Below, piece after piece: positions 1-14,372 of a DNA stretch of 64,000 bases. The stretch is from the NCBI RefSeq assembly GCF_008831285.2, contig NC_045138.2:18476001-18540000 (forward strand), read 5' to 3'. Source of the stretch: Nymphaea colorata. Lineage: Eukaryota. Within the stretch, counting starts at the first letter, position 1; the number at the start of each line of letters is the position of its first letter. The notes under the pieces are model-generated. The model was not told the DNA's origin, ran no database searches, and worked only from the letters and a program-made list of their open reading frames with translations. The translations under genes were made by a program, and so were the position numbers.

Positions 1-345
1 ACAAATCTTCAGCAACGCATGAAATTGTAGTGATAAATATATTGCTAACGTCCACTTATATTCCGATAAAAAGTTTTACCAACGTCCAAACATGTCGGTA
101 AAATTTTTGCCAATGCTTGCTATGTATCAATAAAAGTTTTATCGATGCTTGCCACGTGTCCATAAAAGTTTTATTACCGAGACGTGAGTAATAATTTTAT
201 TTACCTACACACATGACGCGGCGCGTGCTCTAGAATGTCAGTGATAGTTTTCACAGACATTATCTTCATTGTGGGCCACCTCGAACATCCGTAAAACGTT
301 TACCCATGTTTTTCAGCCATCGGTAATCCTTGGTTTTTTTATGAT
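1..345. mobile_element. Degenerate CACTA-like subterminal repeat region (partial, at window edge)
   Basis: Recurrent short motifs in both orientations (ttaccaacg/ttaccgag, tgtcggtaa/catcggtaa, taaaagtttt) resemble CACTA subterminal repeats. No intact terminus or transposase seen. Confidence 0.3.
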
Positions 346-1715
346 AAGGTATGTATTAGCTGGGTTGTGACCCATCTTGCATGTAATTAGATTTGTTGAC
401 AGTAGCAGGTCAGGTGTCCGAACCAACTCTAAATAAACTTGGTTTTTGAATTGGCACAACAACCATAAACCATACCATGTGGCCGACAGGCACGATCCTG
501 GCCGGATTAGGATCTACAGGTTTGGGTTTCAGACCGTGGGATGGCGAACCAACGTTGTTTTGGATCCGGCTTGACCCAGCTCAACCTGACCTAGCTGGAC
601 CCAGAAAGGGCAGATGTGAGGCATGGGCAGCCTATTTTCATCCGGCCAGCTCAGGCGGACCCCGAAAAGGCATATGAGGCCTGGACTTTTGAGGGACCTG
701 CAAGGGCTGTTTGGCATTAATAAATTTGTATAAAAAAATGAGACAGATTCATAAAACACTTTTTAAATCGGTGAGTTCTAGCTGACCTCGACATGGGCAG
801 ATGGGCGTGGGCCTTGAGCTAGCTTGTAAGCTGGCAAGAGAGATTTTCATCCGTCCAAATTACTACCCAAATTACTTTCACCTAAGAATAAGATTGTCTT
901 GACAAAAAAAAAAAAGAAGAGCCTACAGTAACTGCTTTTATTACGTCAGTATTGTAAAAAAGATGGGGTGAAAGGCTTGTCTTTTGTGTATACTTGAAAA
1001 AGAAACTTTTAATTGAATTGCTACGTGCTTTTCATCAAAATCGTTAAATAAGGGTTTAAAGAAGAGCATTAAATGCATGGCGCTAACAATGGGAGTGACT
1101 TCGGTGCACGAAGACATATACGCAAAAAAAAAAAGAAAAGGAAAAAAGTAGTAGTTGGGGTATTTTGAAAAAAATGTTTCTTTTAGTTTTTTTTCTATTT
1201 TTTTTGGTTTGTTCTTTTATTTTTACAAAAGGTGTAAGTTTTCTTTTTCTATTAATCAAGGGTATTTTGGTCATTAAACATAACAATGAGAGGAAAAAAC
1301 CAAGCACTAGCGTATGCGTATAATCAGTTCCAGCTAACATGGGAAAACACGTTCCCGTGTTTTACCGAAGGGATATTTACTCACAAGGGAACTCTTCTGC
1401 ATTTCACTTTTGCCTTAACAAGGGAAGGGTTCTTTCATTTTACTATCAGGGGCATTTTGGTCATTTCCAACCCGTAGCACTTGGTCCCAAGAAATAAAAA
1501 CATTAGCTGTGACTTTTTCTAATATTATCTGTCGAAATTGAATTCCAGTTTTACCCATTTAAGCGGCATATTAGAATTGGATATACAAGGAAGAAAGGCG
1601 TAAACTTAATTTAGGGTGCATTTGTGCTGAGGATCTCAGATCTGTACATGCATCTAAGATCGACATCCCTCTCATCTTGTCGGATTTCAAATCTGTAGAA
1701 TGAGGCTATCAAAGT

Positions 1716-2074
1716 TATTGTCACAAAAAACGCTGTTTTTTTTAAAAAAACGCGTATTTAACGCTAAAAACAGTTCTGCCGTATAATACCTGTATTATTC
1801 CCGTTTTTTTTAAAAAAATGTCAAAAAACAAAAAACGCGTATAATACCCATTTAATACTCGTATAATACCCGTTTTTTACCGTTATTTTTCCGTTTTTTG
1901 CCGTTTTTTTATTAATTATTATTTTTTATAATTTTTAAGATGTATTAAATGTTTAATTTTTTTTAAAAATTTACCGAACTTTTTCCGTTTTATTTTCGAT
2001 ATATAAAACTTTACCGTATTATACCCGTTTTTTTCCTCGCCGTTTAATACCCGTCCCCGTTTTTTGTGACAATG
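1716..2074. mobile_element. MITE (~360 bp) with 17-bp terminal inverted repeats
   Basis: Left end tattgtcacaaaaaacg, right end cgttttttgtgacaatg (16/17 inverted match). tatcaaa occurs on both flanks. A related internal sequence lies at ~57945-58230. Confidence 0.7.
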
Positions 2075-4424
2075 TATCAAACACAGCTTCATTGAAAGAT
2101 AAATATTGAAGAAGGAAACGCATTTGATGCATTTTTCTTTTTCAAGTTAACAAAAGTTAAAAAAAAAAAGCGCAAAAGGGAAATTTCTAAGAAGAAAATT
2201 TTTGGGCTACCATTCGCGTTCTTTTGGAGTTTAAATATCTTACCGTAAATTAAACAATTTTTGAAACTTTTTAAAATAATAAATGGTAATATGCATCACT
2301 TTGTATACAAAGTACCAATCAACAGGGGGGAAGCAAAAAAAATTTTGTGAAGGAAACCGAATTAAAGTTTTTAAATTTTGATATGAATGAAATATCATTT
2401 TTCAACATTTTTAGTTTTGACAAGTAAATTTTTTTTTAATTTTACATATATTTTTTTTTCAAATTACGGTGAGACCAGGGCCCATGTGGGCCCCCCTTGA
2501 CTCCTCCGCTGCCTATCAGTAAAAATGAAAGCTCTTTATAAATACAGAAAAAAAGGTAGTGTATGAAGTAAAAAAAAACTAAAAAAAAGGCATTTTTTCT
2601 TTTGAAAAATCTTTAAAATAACTTATCTCCTCCTCTTTTTTTTTTCAATAAATATCAATTGTGTGCACCACCTTCGTCCACACAACTCACTCTCTATGTA
2701 ATTGGCACTGACCCATCGGCCATGGCAGTCGATATTTAAAATTTATTATGGTACTTTTTGCTGTGGATGTTCATTATATTTATTTAATTCATTATACTTC
2801 ATCGTTTTTTTGCCTCAGTTTTTCTTTTTTTAATTTCAAATTTGAATGCCATCAAAATTGGATGGTTACTGCCCCGGAACACGAACATGAGCTTGGGGGT
2901 TTCGTGCTCTATGCTTCACCTACCAATGAGGTCCTTTTTTTATTCCTTTCTTAATCTCTGACAGGTCTACCAAGAAAACATTAAAACTTCTCGCTTCAAG
3001 AAAAGCCACGAGATCTTTAGAAGGACGCATTTATTGTTGGAACTTGGAAGCCATCAAATTAAGATCCAAAATTTGTTTAAAAATGCACAAGTAAGAATAA
3101 GAAAAAAGAAAAATGAAAGGGACGCATGTGGAAAAGTTCTTCTGGCAAAGGCATGGCTAAGAAAACTGGAATCTCTTTGCTTTTTTAGATTTTGTCTGCC
3201 AGAAGCTTGTATAGCAAACTGATCAGCAAAGTAAAAATGCATACTTAAATATATTTCGTAAAATTGAAATAATATATAAAATGTATTGATCTCCATGTTT
3301 ACACTTTTAAAGCCACATCGTGTTGTTTTAAGTCGATATCAAACCTCATGCTCTGCATGGTGTTAGCTTGGTCTCGATCTTTTCAGTTCATGATTTCGGG
3401 CATAAAATGTCCAGAATATCACATTGTAAATCGGCACTCTTAGGCCTATTATAATAAGCCGCTTTCTTATCGGATACATGGAAATCTTTACAACGTCAAA
3501 TCTTGTACGCAAGCCGTTCACTTTGGAGTGAGCTTGTAATAAGCAACTCCAAGTGACGAATAAAGAAGACAACACTATCCCCATCAACATGGGCAGAGCC
3601 AAGAATTTTTTGTTTAAGTTAAATTTATATATATATATATATATATATAAATAAAGAGAGAGAGAGAGAGAGAGAGATGTTAATTGTAAGGGAATGTGAA
3701 AGGGGATGGTCCCGTGCAATGTTAGCCTTGGAAGGTTCTTAAAGAGGCCATGTGCACCAGCTCCTATATTAAAACAAGATGAAAGTACCCTCACCATCCA
3801 GACTCTATCTGTCCTTTTACGACCTGTTTACTTGTTATTAATTACCATCCACTCTTTCATGCGATTCATAAATGGCCCTTGAAAGCAAACCAAATCCTGT
3901 CCTTGGATTTGGATGAGTCGATATATTCTAATGTCCAAGTGTTCAAATGCATTTATCTGGATAAGCAAACCAACTGGACACAGACAAGTTGGTGGAATTG
4001 GGCCCATGAATTTGAATTTCTGGCGGTGCCAGTTGCAGATTATGTATGACGTCACAGTGAACACGCTCTGTTCACATGCAAAGTCAATTCACCGACCGCC
4101 ATGAAAGCTTACTTCTTCCTTGCTGCCATCACCACAGTTCGTGAGTTAGGTAAAAGATCAAGAATAAGATCATTTACGACCAAATTGATGATACTACATT
4201 CATATTTTACACAGTTTGTGCCAATAATATTACATACCAAACCTTATGGATCATATGAGGACTACTGCTAGTAGTAGAGAACGAGAGAAATATCACGAGG
4301 GAGAAGAAAATTGCATGCTACAGAGATTACCAACCAATATTATGATTCAAGAAGCCATGAATAGAGCATTAATATCAATTAAAAGAAAGTGTCGGCGAGC
4401 TTCGTCGGTAGAGGAGAGGCGTTC

Positions 4425-5693
4425 TCATGGCCACTGCGGACCAGGAGGTTGGTACGGCTGCCCGAACGGGTCCGTAGGGGTCGGATCCGTAGGTGGGCAG
4501 TAATTTTCAGGAGGCGGCGGCGGCGGCGGTGGAGGTGGAGGTGGAGGTGGCAGAGAGCAAAGTGCCGGAGGCGGCGGTGGTGAAGGTGGTGGCGGCGGTG
4601 GTGGAGAAGGTGGCGGTGGTGGTGACGGGAAGCAGCTGGCGGTGCGACAGTCCACCGGGTGCGAGTATAAGTGGCACTCCTGCTCGGATCTTTGCGCTGG
4701 CCGGTTCGGGATGCAGTTCTGTTGATCTGAGAACTTCACGCCGTGCTCCGGCAGCTCGAGGCAAACAGGAGGCTCGCCATCGAAATAATTGTATGAGTAG
4801 GTGAAGTTCCTGAGCCTCGGCAACTCGCAGATGGACTTGGGGATCTCGCCGGTGAGTCTGTTATGGGCCACATTGAGCTGCTCCAGGCTCTTCATGCCTC
4901 CGATGGCTTCCGGCAAAGGGCCGACGAACTCATTGAACCCGATGTCGAAAACCGTGGCCTGAGTCAAAGACCCGATCTCCTCGGGAATACAAGAAGTCAG
5001 TGAATTGTTGAGCAGCAAGATCTCGTTCAGCGTCGAGCTCATCTTCCCTACGGACTTGGGCAGACACCCTTTGATGTCATTGTTGGCCAATACCACCACG
5101 GAAGCCGGCAAATTCCCGAAGTTTTCCGGGATGGCCGACCGGAACTTGTTGTTGTTAACAAACAAAGCATCTAGTTTCAAGTCGAAGAGCTTCTCCGGGA
5201 GGCTCCCCTCGAATGCATTGTAACGGATGTCCAGGAACTTGAGCGACGGCAAGCACAATAGGACAGAGGGGAATCTGCCGCAGAACTGGTTGCTGCTCAA
5301 GTCAAGCTCAAAGAGTAGCTTGAGGTTCCTGAAGGAATGCGGTATTTCGCCAGAAAACCTGTTGGAGTTGATATGAAACAAGGCCAAATCCGTCAAGAGG
5401 CCCAATGCCTCCGGCAAGTGGCCGCCGAGATTGTAATGGTTCAAATCTATCCCCCCGACTACATCAGTGCATCCGTCGTCCGGCGCCTTGGTGCAGTAGA
5501 CGCCGGTGTAACTGCAGACGTCGTAGCCGGTCCAGGTGCCGGTGATGTTCTTCGGGTCGGAATATATGGCCGATTTCCATGCTTGGAGGGCTATGTACGC
5601 ATTCTGGAGCCTGGGGTTCAGGAACTGAGCTGAAGAACAGGGGAAGAGAAAGAGGAAGAAACAGAAGGGGAGGAGGGTGAACTTGGGCACCAT
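4425..5693 (-). CDS. Leucine-rich repeat extensin-like protein (LRX/PEX family), 422 aa, intronless
   Basis: First ATG at 5693 (MVPKFTLLPFCFFLFLFPCSSA, signal-peptide-like). LRX N-cap NPRLQNAYIALQAWK...DVCSYTGVYC, GIDLNH, LTDLALFHINSNRF, about ten plant extracellular LRRs, NFTYSYNYF, Cys-rich hinge NCIPNRPAQRS..C, then an SPn/poly-Pro tail. Confidence 0.93.
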   Translation of the reverse strand: MVPKFTLLPFCFFLFLFPCSSAQFLNPRLQNAYIALQAWKSAIYSDPKNITGTWTGYDVCSYTGVYCTKAPDDGCTDVVGGIDLNHYNLGGHLPEALGLLTDLALFHINSNRFSGEIPHSFRNLKLLFELDLSSNQFCGRFPSVLLCLPSLKFLDIRYNAFEGSLPEKLFDLKLDALFVNNNKFRSAIPENFGNLPASVVVLANNDIKGCLPKSVGKMSSTLNEILLLNNSLTSCIPEEIGSLTQATVFDIGFNEFVGPLPEAIGGMKSLEQLNVAHNRLTGEIPKSICELPRLRNFTYSYNYFDGEPPVCLELPEHGVKFSDQQNCIPNRPAQRSEQECHLYSHPVDCRTASCFPSPPPPPSPPPPPPPSPPPPPALCSLPPPPPPPPPPPPPPENYCPPTDPTPTDPFGQPYQPPGPQWP

Positions 5694-8600
5694 GGGGCCA
5701 CAATGGTCACAGAGCAACCTTGAATGTGAAGCTGATCATGGAATCATATAAGAGCAAGGAAGGAGGAACGAGAGGGAGAAGATGGAAGAAAGAAGAGAGA
5801 ATGGGTTGCACCAAACGAGCAGAGATTTAGGAGTTTATGTAAAGGATGCACAGATTTATGTGCTTATGAAGACAAAACCTGCTCCCATTTGTTTGTTTTT
5901 TTATTGGCTTGACTAATTCCATCTTCATGTCTTTGGGATATTCATTCTATAAAGTTTTGGAAAGATTTCAATTGAGGTTCAGTTTTTTTTGCCTTGTCGT
6001 TGTACAAATGAGCCAGTTTTCAGTTTGCTGGGCAAGGCCACAATATTTTATCACAATTTCCAAAAGGAGCCCCATAGTTTTATACTTTTCAGTTTTTTAC
6101 AAATTTAAAATATTTTCTGCTTATAAAGAGATCTGATTAAGTGAAAAGCATTATTGCATTGCATGAGAGTCGGCCTTGGCTCTTTGTTTTACAAATCAGA
6201 ATATTCAAATATTCTTGGCCTTTCTTTTGAGATAAGAAGATATTGCTGGGTCCCTAAATGAAATTTTCTCTAGAGTACGCGCCATATAAAGCACGATATC
6301 TTTACCCACTTTAAAGGGAATGCGCGTGGACCTTGGGTTGTTTATCTGATTACCAACCGAAATCTAGGCCAGTTTAGTTTGATTATATCTAATTAAAAAA
6401 TGGGATCTGGCTATTACGCGAAATCAAATATATCTAAGATGCATTTACTTGACATATTAAGATGGGTACATGATTTTTTTTTTTAATATCTACTTATGAA
6501 AGACTGCGTTGAGCATAAAGTCCTTTAAGGTTTTCGTAATAACTTGTAAATGTGAACTAGTATGCTAGTCTAACTCATAGGGTCGAGTTTGAGTCCGAGT
6601 TAAGCTGGTCTCTGTAAAGCTTGGGTATGAGTCGATCTAGACCCTGTAGTTCGTGGTCAGGGTGTGTTCGAGGCGCTCTTGACCAGGCAAAATATGAAAA
6701 CATAACATATGAGGGGCATCTTTGATGTGTTGGTGATCAAACATAACATATAATTAACCAGCTTGGTCGAATATGAAGCGTAGCATTGGAACCTGACTCA
6801 TGAGTTGATCACCTCAGCTTATGGCCGATAGCTAAGGGATCACATAAGTGAGACCCATGAATAGTATATACAGCTCATTGTGGCTCAACTTGCTCCAACT
6901 TTTATATAACGTATGGAAAATTATTTGGGGAACATTAAAAACGAGATTGGGTGAAACATAGCTTTCATAGTGTCATATTTTGTTTCCTGTGGAAGGAAAG
7001 TGGGATACATTACGGGAGTTCAATTTAGCTTCACCTTTATGTTTTTTCTTGCCTTTGCTTCGCGCTTTTGATTATAGAATCGCTTTAACGCGATCCATCA
7101 ATGAAAGACAAACATTTCTTAATTTGAATTTCAAACTTTTTTCTACACCTAATTTGACTGTGTCATAAGTATGGTTGCAAATTGATCAATAAATGCATTA
7201 CAAGTCAATTGAAATTATGTTCGGTCCGGTATGAATTGACCAAATCTAAAAACCGGGTTCCCGACCACTTGCAAACCATAGTTATAAGTGAATATATAGC
7301 TAGAAATGGCTCACTAATATGATGAGAGACATAATCTTTTAGGTTGTGTTTGACACCCTTGGATCGAGTTGCAGAGTGACTATGAAGTTTATCAAACTGA
7401 CGATTTAAGAAGGGCAGATTTTAGATTCAATAGAATGTTTAGTTGTTTTTTCTTTTTTTTTGGGGGGGGGGGGGTGGCAAGTGTCCACACACGAAAGTAA
7501 AGAGGGAAGGAGAGAGAAAAGGCTAAGGAATGCATCAAACAAGGGTTTTAATTTACGATTTTAAAACCTTCGATCTCAGATCCAAGTTTCTAAAATCTGC
7601 TTCATCTCCAAGATCCGAGACAATCAAATGCAGCCTTAAATGTCACAAAATAAAGGCTTTTCATGAGTTCGAATCCTATGTTGCCCTCTCTTTATTCTAC
7701 CATGAAAAATAAGTATACTTTCTCGTGAACAGTGTAGAAATTAAGAGGCTAGTCTGACGGAGGGGCGACCATTGGTCATGCTTCATTTAAAAGGAAATTA
7801 AACATGCACAAACGCCTGACACACACACGCACACGCCTCCGAGAATTTACAGACACACACATATCGGCATCTCTTGATTTCATTGGTAGAACTTCCATAT
7901 CCAGTTAAGTCCATACCATGGACCTCCTGTTTTCTTGGTTCGCCGGAAATTCAACTAAAGGTTGGTTGGTCTACTTGGTTTGAGATCTAAAGTAATGGAT
8001 CCCAATCTAAAGGGGCAGATTCAGATTCAGATCCAAATCCGAATCTGACAATGATTGATGAGCTACCAAAGATGAGGAGACAGTCCTTTTATGTTCCTTT
8101 GAGATTCAACGAGAAAATGCTGAGAAAATCCCGTCTGCAATTGAGCCAGCTCAAGTGAACACGAGCCGAGTCGAGCCCGAGTTCATCTGTTCGGTTCGGT
8201 AGAAAAAGACCTACCCCAAATGAAGCCCTCTTCACCTATAGAAACTCTATCGATTACTTCATGGACGAAGACCTACTCTATGAGTCCTTAATGATATTTT
8301 TCTCTCCCTTTTATGAAGATCGCTTTCACTAACATAAATGACATCACGTTTACTTGTCTAGCCATTTCTCCATGTTAGGTGGCCACCTTAAGGCGAGCGT
8401 CACCTCATGTAGGGGCCACCCTTCATTGCTACATACTCACATGCGTCTTAAATGACCTAAACGAACATAAAGGGAATTTATTTATTTATTTTTTTCTGAT
8501 GTGCACCTAGTGATTTTAGTAATGGATCGGAAGCATGTCTCATTTTTCAATATTATTGAAAGCATGTTTTCTTTGGTCAGTTAAAAAGGAATTAGAAATT

Positions 8601-11600
8601 TATCTTTCCCAAATTATTCAGCTGCCAAATTATGGTCTTTGTTTTGAGTTGTAGTGTTTGTTATGCTTTGATTCTTAGACGAATAAAAAGGAGAAGACTA
8701 TGTTGTGTAAAAAGTATGAAACTCAAATTTGTGATCAGACATGATAGGTTTAGTTTGTGATCATTTTTGTAGCATTTGATGAGAAAAAAAAAACTAGATT
8801 TTAGTTTGAGATTTATTAATATTATTATATCCTATGCAAGCTAATGAACATGAAAATAATTTATGCTGATGAGGCCAGTATGCATTAGGCTCATTCTTTC
8901 GAAAATATAAAAAACTTCCATGTAATTTAGGTTTTGATGAAACCTTGGCTGAAATTTCCTCGAGAAAAACCGCGTAGAAGACTAAAATGATTTTGCTAAG
9001 TTCAACAAGTTACTTGACTTTCTCGTTCTTCCTTTCCTTATTTTCTTTTAACAAAAATTATATTGGAAGTGGTTGAAGAAGTATCAATTTCAAGTCGATC
9101 CTGGTTGATATCATAAGGTCCCAACTCCGAATAGTTAACTGTTATCTTTTATCAAATGGAAAATTATTGAACATGTCTAACTGGCGAAAGATAGGTCACT
9201 CGATCATTATTAAATGAGCTTGCATTGACCGATTCCTTTTCTCTCAAGGCATGATTAATTTACCTATTGTCATATGGCATTGGTAAAACGTCCTGTTCCA
9301 TTATCATTTGAAAAGTGTCATGTCATTGGTTGAATCCAGTTCAGGATCAAAAGTCAGCTTCTAATACTACCAACTACTTTGATTTTTAACTGTTCACACT
9401 GTGGTGAAAGTTGCTGCTCTCTGTGTTTTTCTTTACAAACAGTGAAAGTGGGAGCATTGGCTAGGCAATGCAAGTTGCTCTAGCTTGCTCTCGATGGCAT
9501 TTATTATTCTCATCTTAGTTCAATGTTCCCAGTGTCTTTGTATGTGTCCACTCATACATATGACACATTAGTATTACATAATTTATATTATGTGTATAAC
9601 TATAAGGGGTCGTTCAGCAGCAAAAACAGTTCTGTCTTATAATTATACCCTAAAGATTGAAGTACATTCATAAGATATTAAAACTATTATTTCATGAACA
9701 TGCACATATATTTGGGCGAGATCCCTAGGACACACAGAAAGTGCCCACACTGCCAAACTACTAAATATACATTAGTGTCCGTAAATGAGTTCTTCAATGT
9801 GACATATAACGGGGTGTTTAGCAATAGTAACAGTTTGTTATAATGTTTTATGAATCTGCCACAATTTTTTTTATAGGTTAATGCAACAGTAATGCCACTG
9901 TTCCTATTAGCAAATGACACCATATATTAATCCACCAGAAAGGCTTACCTGATTAAAGAAACAAGAAATTTTTCTAGCCGGAACTTCTAATCCTAGAAAA
10001 GGCATTGACGGAAAAACTTGTCCGCACGTCTAGTAAAAAAGATTAAAGAAGCATTATTTTGAACTATTAGGTTTTACAATGGGAAATTGCCCAAAGAGAT
10101 CTTCGTATTGCGATTGTCTGCGTTCGTTGAGGGAGGATAGATCTATCGCCATGTCCAAACCAGAAAGATAAATTTGGGCCCATTCCAACGAAGGAATGTC
10201 CAAAGGCATCTTACCCTTTATCTTCAATCTTTATTTATGTTAGGGTTCAAATCTGTCTTGTAGTAAACATGAGTCGATCCAAGAAGAGAAAAATCCAAAG
10301 ATGTTCAAACCATGTGAGGTGGTCCAATTAGGTTGCTCCATGGTCCAACATGGACATGCTAAATGCCAACCACCAAGATCAACCTAACTTTTGCACGCAC
10401 AACAAGATAAAACACTACATGGCCGTTTATGAGCGTTCCTTGGGGCAGATTCATGAAACATTTAGTTCTAGCATTCCAGGAGTCTGCTCTAATCTTTGAA
10501 GCAATTCATTCCAGGAGTCTCTTTCACTCTCATTCTATCATTTACTTATACGTCTTTTCATTTTTTCTTGTCACAACTATCCTTTCTATGTTAAGTTTTT
10601 AATAACACACACAGATCTACACATACATATCTTCAATATAAATTTAAACAGTTTATCATTAACCAGATTCAGGTCAGACTCAGACCTACATTTCTAAAAC
10701 TAAATATGAAACCCATAGAAATGAAAACCGATATTTAAATATAATCGGGTCGAATCCTTTTCAGGAGCGGAATTGTTGGACATGAGATTCAAGGGAGTCT
10801 TTTGGCAATGTAAATAGTGACAGACTATTCTATGTATCCCCCGATCAAAGATTGGGGCAGTTTCGTGTAACCTACCAAATTAAAACTGCTTTGGTTCAGA
10901 TCCAAAATTGCTAATCTGATTCGATTTACAAGTCAGATGAGAAGTTATTGCATCTAGCAAGACTTGCAGCCAAAATGTGTGCATTTGAAGCCTTGTACTA
11001 TATTAAGAAAAATTGGGACCGTGTCAAATTATATCTAAATTTGGACTGAGTACTTAATCAGATCTGACTTGGATCTGGGTCCAAGAAAGAGTCAATGTTA
11101 GCATTTAAGATCAAGATATGAATATGGCCCGATACGGGGTGAAAACTATCTGTTTGTGCACCTCCAATATATCACGTGATCAGTCTTTTTTTTTTCTTCT
11201 ACTTTCTTAGCGTCCATATCCATATCCAAATCCAACTCCAATATACTTACGAAAGTTCAAAATCGGAAGCCAGACAAGATAACTTCTACCAAACCAAATC
11301 TGAATGCCCATAGAGTACTGCAACAGTATGGTTCAGATTCGAACGTTTCAAGAAGAAATAGAAACAGCCATTGGAAGTAGAAATAGAAACCAATCTTAAA
11401 TCAGTTAATTTACCTCACGGATTTATTATTTTTTTATAAATGATTATTCTGTCAAAAAGTTATCAAATCAAATAAAGGATAAAAAACTAATTCGTCTCTT
11501 TGCGTTGTTTGATCTTAAACTAGTTAATTAATCTCACATATTTATTACTATTTTATAAGTCATTATTCTATAAAAAAATTATCAAATTAAATAAAGGATA

Positions 11601-12551
11601 AACAACTAATTGGGTAAAAAATATTTCGTCACTTTTCCTTCTTTAATCTTTTTTTTTTTTTTAATGTTCGCATGTTATCTGCATGAGACACATACACATG
11701 AAATTTAGAATTCATTAATTTAGTTGTGTGACAAGATGTAACCAAGTACAGAAAGAATAAGCACACACATATATTAACTGTTTTCGAATTTATGCTTTAC
11801 GCCAAATTCCTAGTTCAAGCTAATTTTCACGTTGCACTGTATTCTTATTTTTGTACATAAAGGGAGCGTTTGAATATGTACGTGTTGACGTTCTTTTGGA
11901 TTTTAAGTTAAATCTGGATTTGGATTAAGACTGGATTTAGTTCTAAATAGATATTCTATGTCCAATGCTCTTATATTTTGAAAATTGGATAGATTCTGTT
12001 CGGAATTCAGATTTGGATTAGATTCAAATCAGATTCAGAATGTGAAATCATTTAAATTATGACTTCTTTTGTACGAAATTGAATATAGTATTCGTTCACA
12101 TATTTTTAGTCTTTGTTTTTCACTCACTCTTTGTTCAAATAAAGTGGGTCTGAACATGATTTCTCCTTCCCTTTAAATATGAACTTTCCTAAGAAGGGGT
12201 TTAAGGTTTGTGGCTTTAGATACTACATCTAGAAGCAGTTCATAAATTTAATGTTTAATTCCTTTGCTTTCTTACAATGACGAATCAAAGGGCTGCACCC
12301 CATGTCAAAATCTAGCTAAATTGGCACTGGTCATGGCCTGAAACTGGAAGGCTGGAAGGTTCCACCTTGAATTCAGTTCATTTAATTTTTCAGCTTATGC
12401 TAAGTTAACTTTAATGGGAAATAAACATTTGCAAGTGACCAATCTACTATGTGCATACTTGCGACATAGGTAAACCATGCAGATCTAACCCATGAGTTTA
12501 TTCTATATAGTCAATGGAAAAACCATCTACGCATTATTTTTTGAGTTCTGT

Positions 12552-12583
<32 letters not shown>

Positions 12584-13377
12584 AGAGACAGAAGTCTTCT
12601 AGGTGGAGGTTTGAATACTAGAACAAAAAATGATAGACAAAACTAATCATAGACGATACAAACACTAGATAGAATAGATAATTCGTAGAGAACATAAATA
12701 AACACCAGACAGAACTACCCATAAAAGACACAAACATCAGACGTAATGGATTTATGGAACACAATATAAACAAACGCCAAAAAGGATAGACAGAATAGAC
12801 ATATGCGAAACAAACACTAGACAAGAGAAACATAGTGTTTTGTTCTCAAAATCATCAAGAGGTGGACAAGAAACATTATTGTTCATGAAGACAAAACAAA
12901 ACAATACATGGTTCATCAGCAAAAACCTATAGTTGGACTGTAGATCACAACTCTTGTGGAGATAGAATATTAGTCGACAATAGGGAAGGTAAACCCGACA
13001 TAATATTGTCCGGTGCATCAATGAAAATGGATGGTGCGGCGATTGTGAGAGGCCAGAAGATGTCTCAGTAGCATAAGAAAATAAACGAGAAACTGAAACT
13101 ATGTGAGGGACCTGGCCTAGAAATCAACTGTTTCATCCGAAATGAAAATCCAAGTTTTTTAGGGCCCCCTTTGATGGCCTGAAAATTTACTATACACCTA
13201 GAAATAACACTCAATTTTTTGAAATCCATCCTGTTTATCAAACAAGAGCCAAACATCTTTCTAGAATTCCCACCTTGACTTTGAGAGGTAAGGGGAAAAT
13301 TCCAGGATGAAATATAAGACCATTGCTTACTGCAATGGCTGCGAGGCAGCCGCCAAAAAACTTGGTCACTCTCCAGT

Positions 13378-13500
13378 CTCCATGGGCGTCTCCCTCACCT
13401 TCCCATCTGCGCCACACCCCTCCAAGCACACAGCGCATCGAGCCTCCTCATCCTCCGCCAGCACGCTTGGCAACTTCTCCATAGCTTCCTAAAAGGAGGA
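13378..13500 (-). pseudogene. RING-H2 fragment, copy A (N-terminal half only)
   Basis: Translates EAMEKLPSVLAEDEEARCAVCLEGCGADGKVRETP, then homology ends before the CxHxxH ligands. Confidence 0.7.
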
Positions 13501-13609
13501 TGAAATATATTAAAAAATATATGTATATTAATTTTTTTTACTTTGTTTTAAATTTAATAATATATATTTATTATTTAAAAAATTATTTTATAATTTATTT
13601 TATATATAT

Positions 13610-13900
13610 ATAATTTGGCATCATTTGGTCCAAGTCTTCTTTGAGGTATATGGTATTTGGCATCACTAGGCATTGGCAGCATTACCACCAACAGCCAGCT
13701 TGTTTCCTTCACTGACATCTGAAACATCAGACAGGGCAGGTGTTGTGGTTCTCCAACCACTTGATTATGCAACCGTCCTGGTACCTATACCTGCAGGGTG
13801 TCTCTCTCGCCTCCCCATTTGCACAAAACCCCTTCAAGCACACACCTCATCCTCCAGCAGCACGCTTGCCGACGTCTCCATCGCATCCTAAAAGGAGGAC
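13610..13900 (-). pseudogene. RING-H2 fragment, copy B (deletion and frameshifts)
   Basis: DAMETSASVLLEDE, then a deletion across the first CxxC. A shifted frame gives ARETPCRYRYQDGCIIKWLENHNTCPV followed by a stop. Confidence 0.7.
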
Positions 13901-14049
13901 GAAATATATTAAAAAAATATATATTAAAAAACTATATGTATATTAAAAAATTTTTTTTTACTATGTTTTAAATTTAATAATATATATTTATTATGTAAAA
14001 CATAATTTATATTAAAAATTTATTTTATAAATTATTATATATATATAGA

Positions 14050-14310
14050 ATTTGGCAACATTTGGTTAAAGACTTCTTTGAGGTCTCTAAAATTTGCCAT
14101 CATTGGGCATTGGCAACACCACCACGAGCAGCCAGCTTGTTCTTTTCCACCGGCATCTCAAACCTACAGACAGGACGGGCGTTGTGCTTCTCCAACAAGT
14201 TGATTCTGCAGCTGTCCTGGTACCTATGCCTGCAGGGCATCTCCCTCGCCTTCCCTTCCCATCTGCACCAAACCCCTCCAAGCACACAGCGCACCAAGCT
14301 TCTTCATTTA
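14050..14310 (-). pseudogene. RING-H2 fragment, copy C (frameshifted, ligands lost)
   Basis: WCAVCLEGFGADG in one frame and KAREMPCRHRYQDSCRINLLEKHNARPVCRFEMP in another. H>Q, W>L and C>R changes relative to copy D. Confidence 0.7.
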
Positions 14311-14372
14311 GAGGAAGGTGAAATATATTAAAAAATATATCTATATTAATTTTTTCTTACTATGATTTAAAT

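Noticed and set aside
4246..5703. Overlapping short ORFs (Arg-, Ala- or Val-rich) across the LRX gene, and similar antisense ORFs over 29581-30430, 34756-37568 and 55388-55881
   Set aside because: Shadow frames of real coding sequence; no independent motifs.
5694..5717. Longer ORF start (MLCDHCGP) for the LRX gene
   Set aside because: It begins at a non-ATG codon. The first ATG at 5693 gives a clean signal-peptide-like N-terminus.
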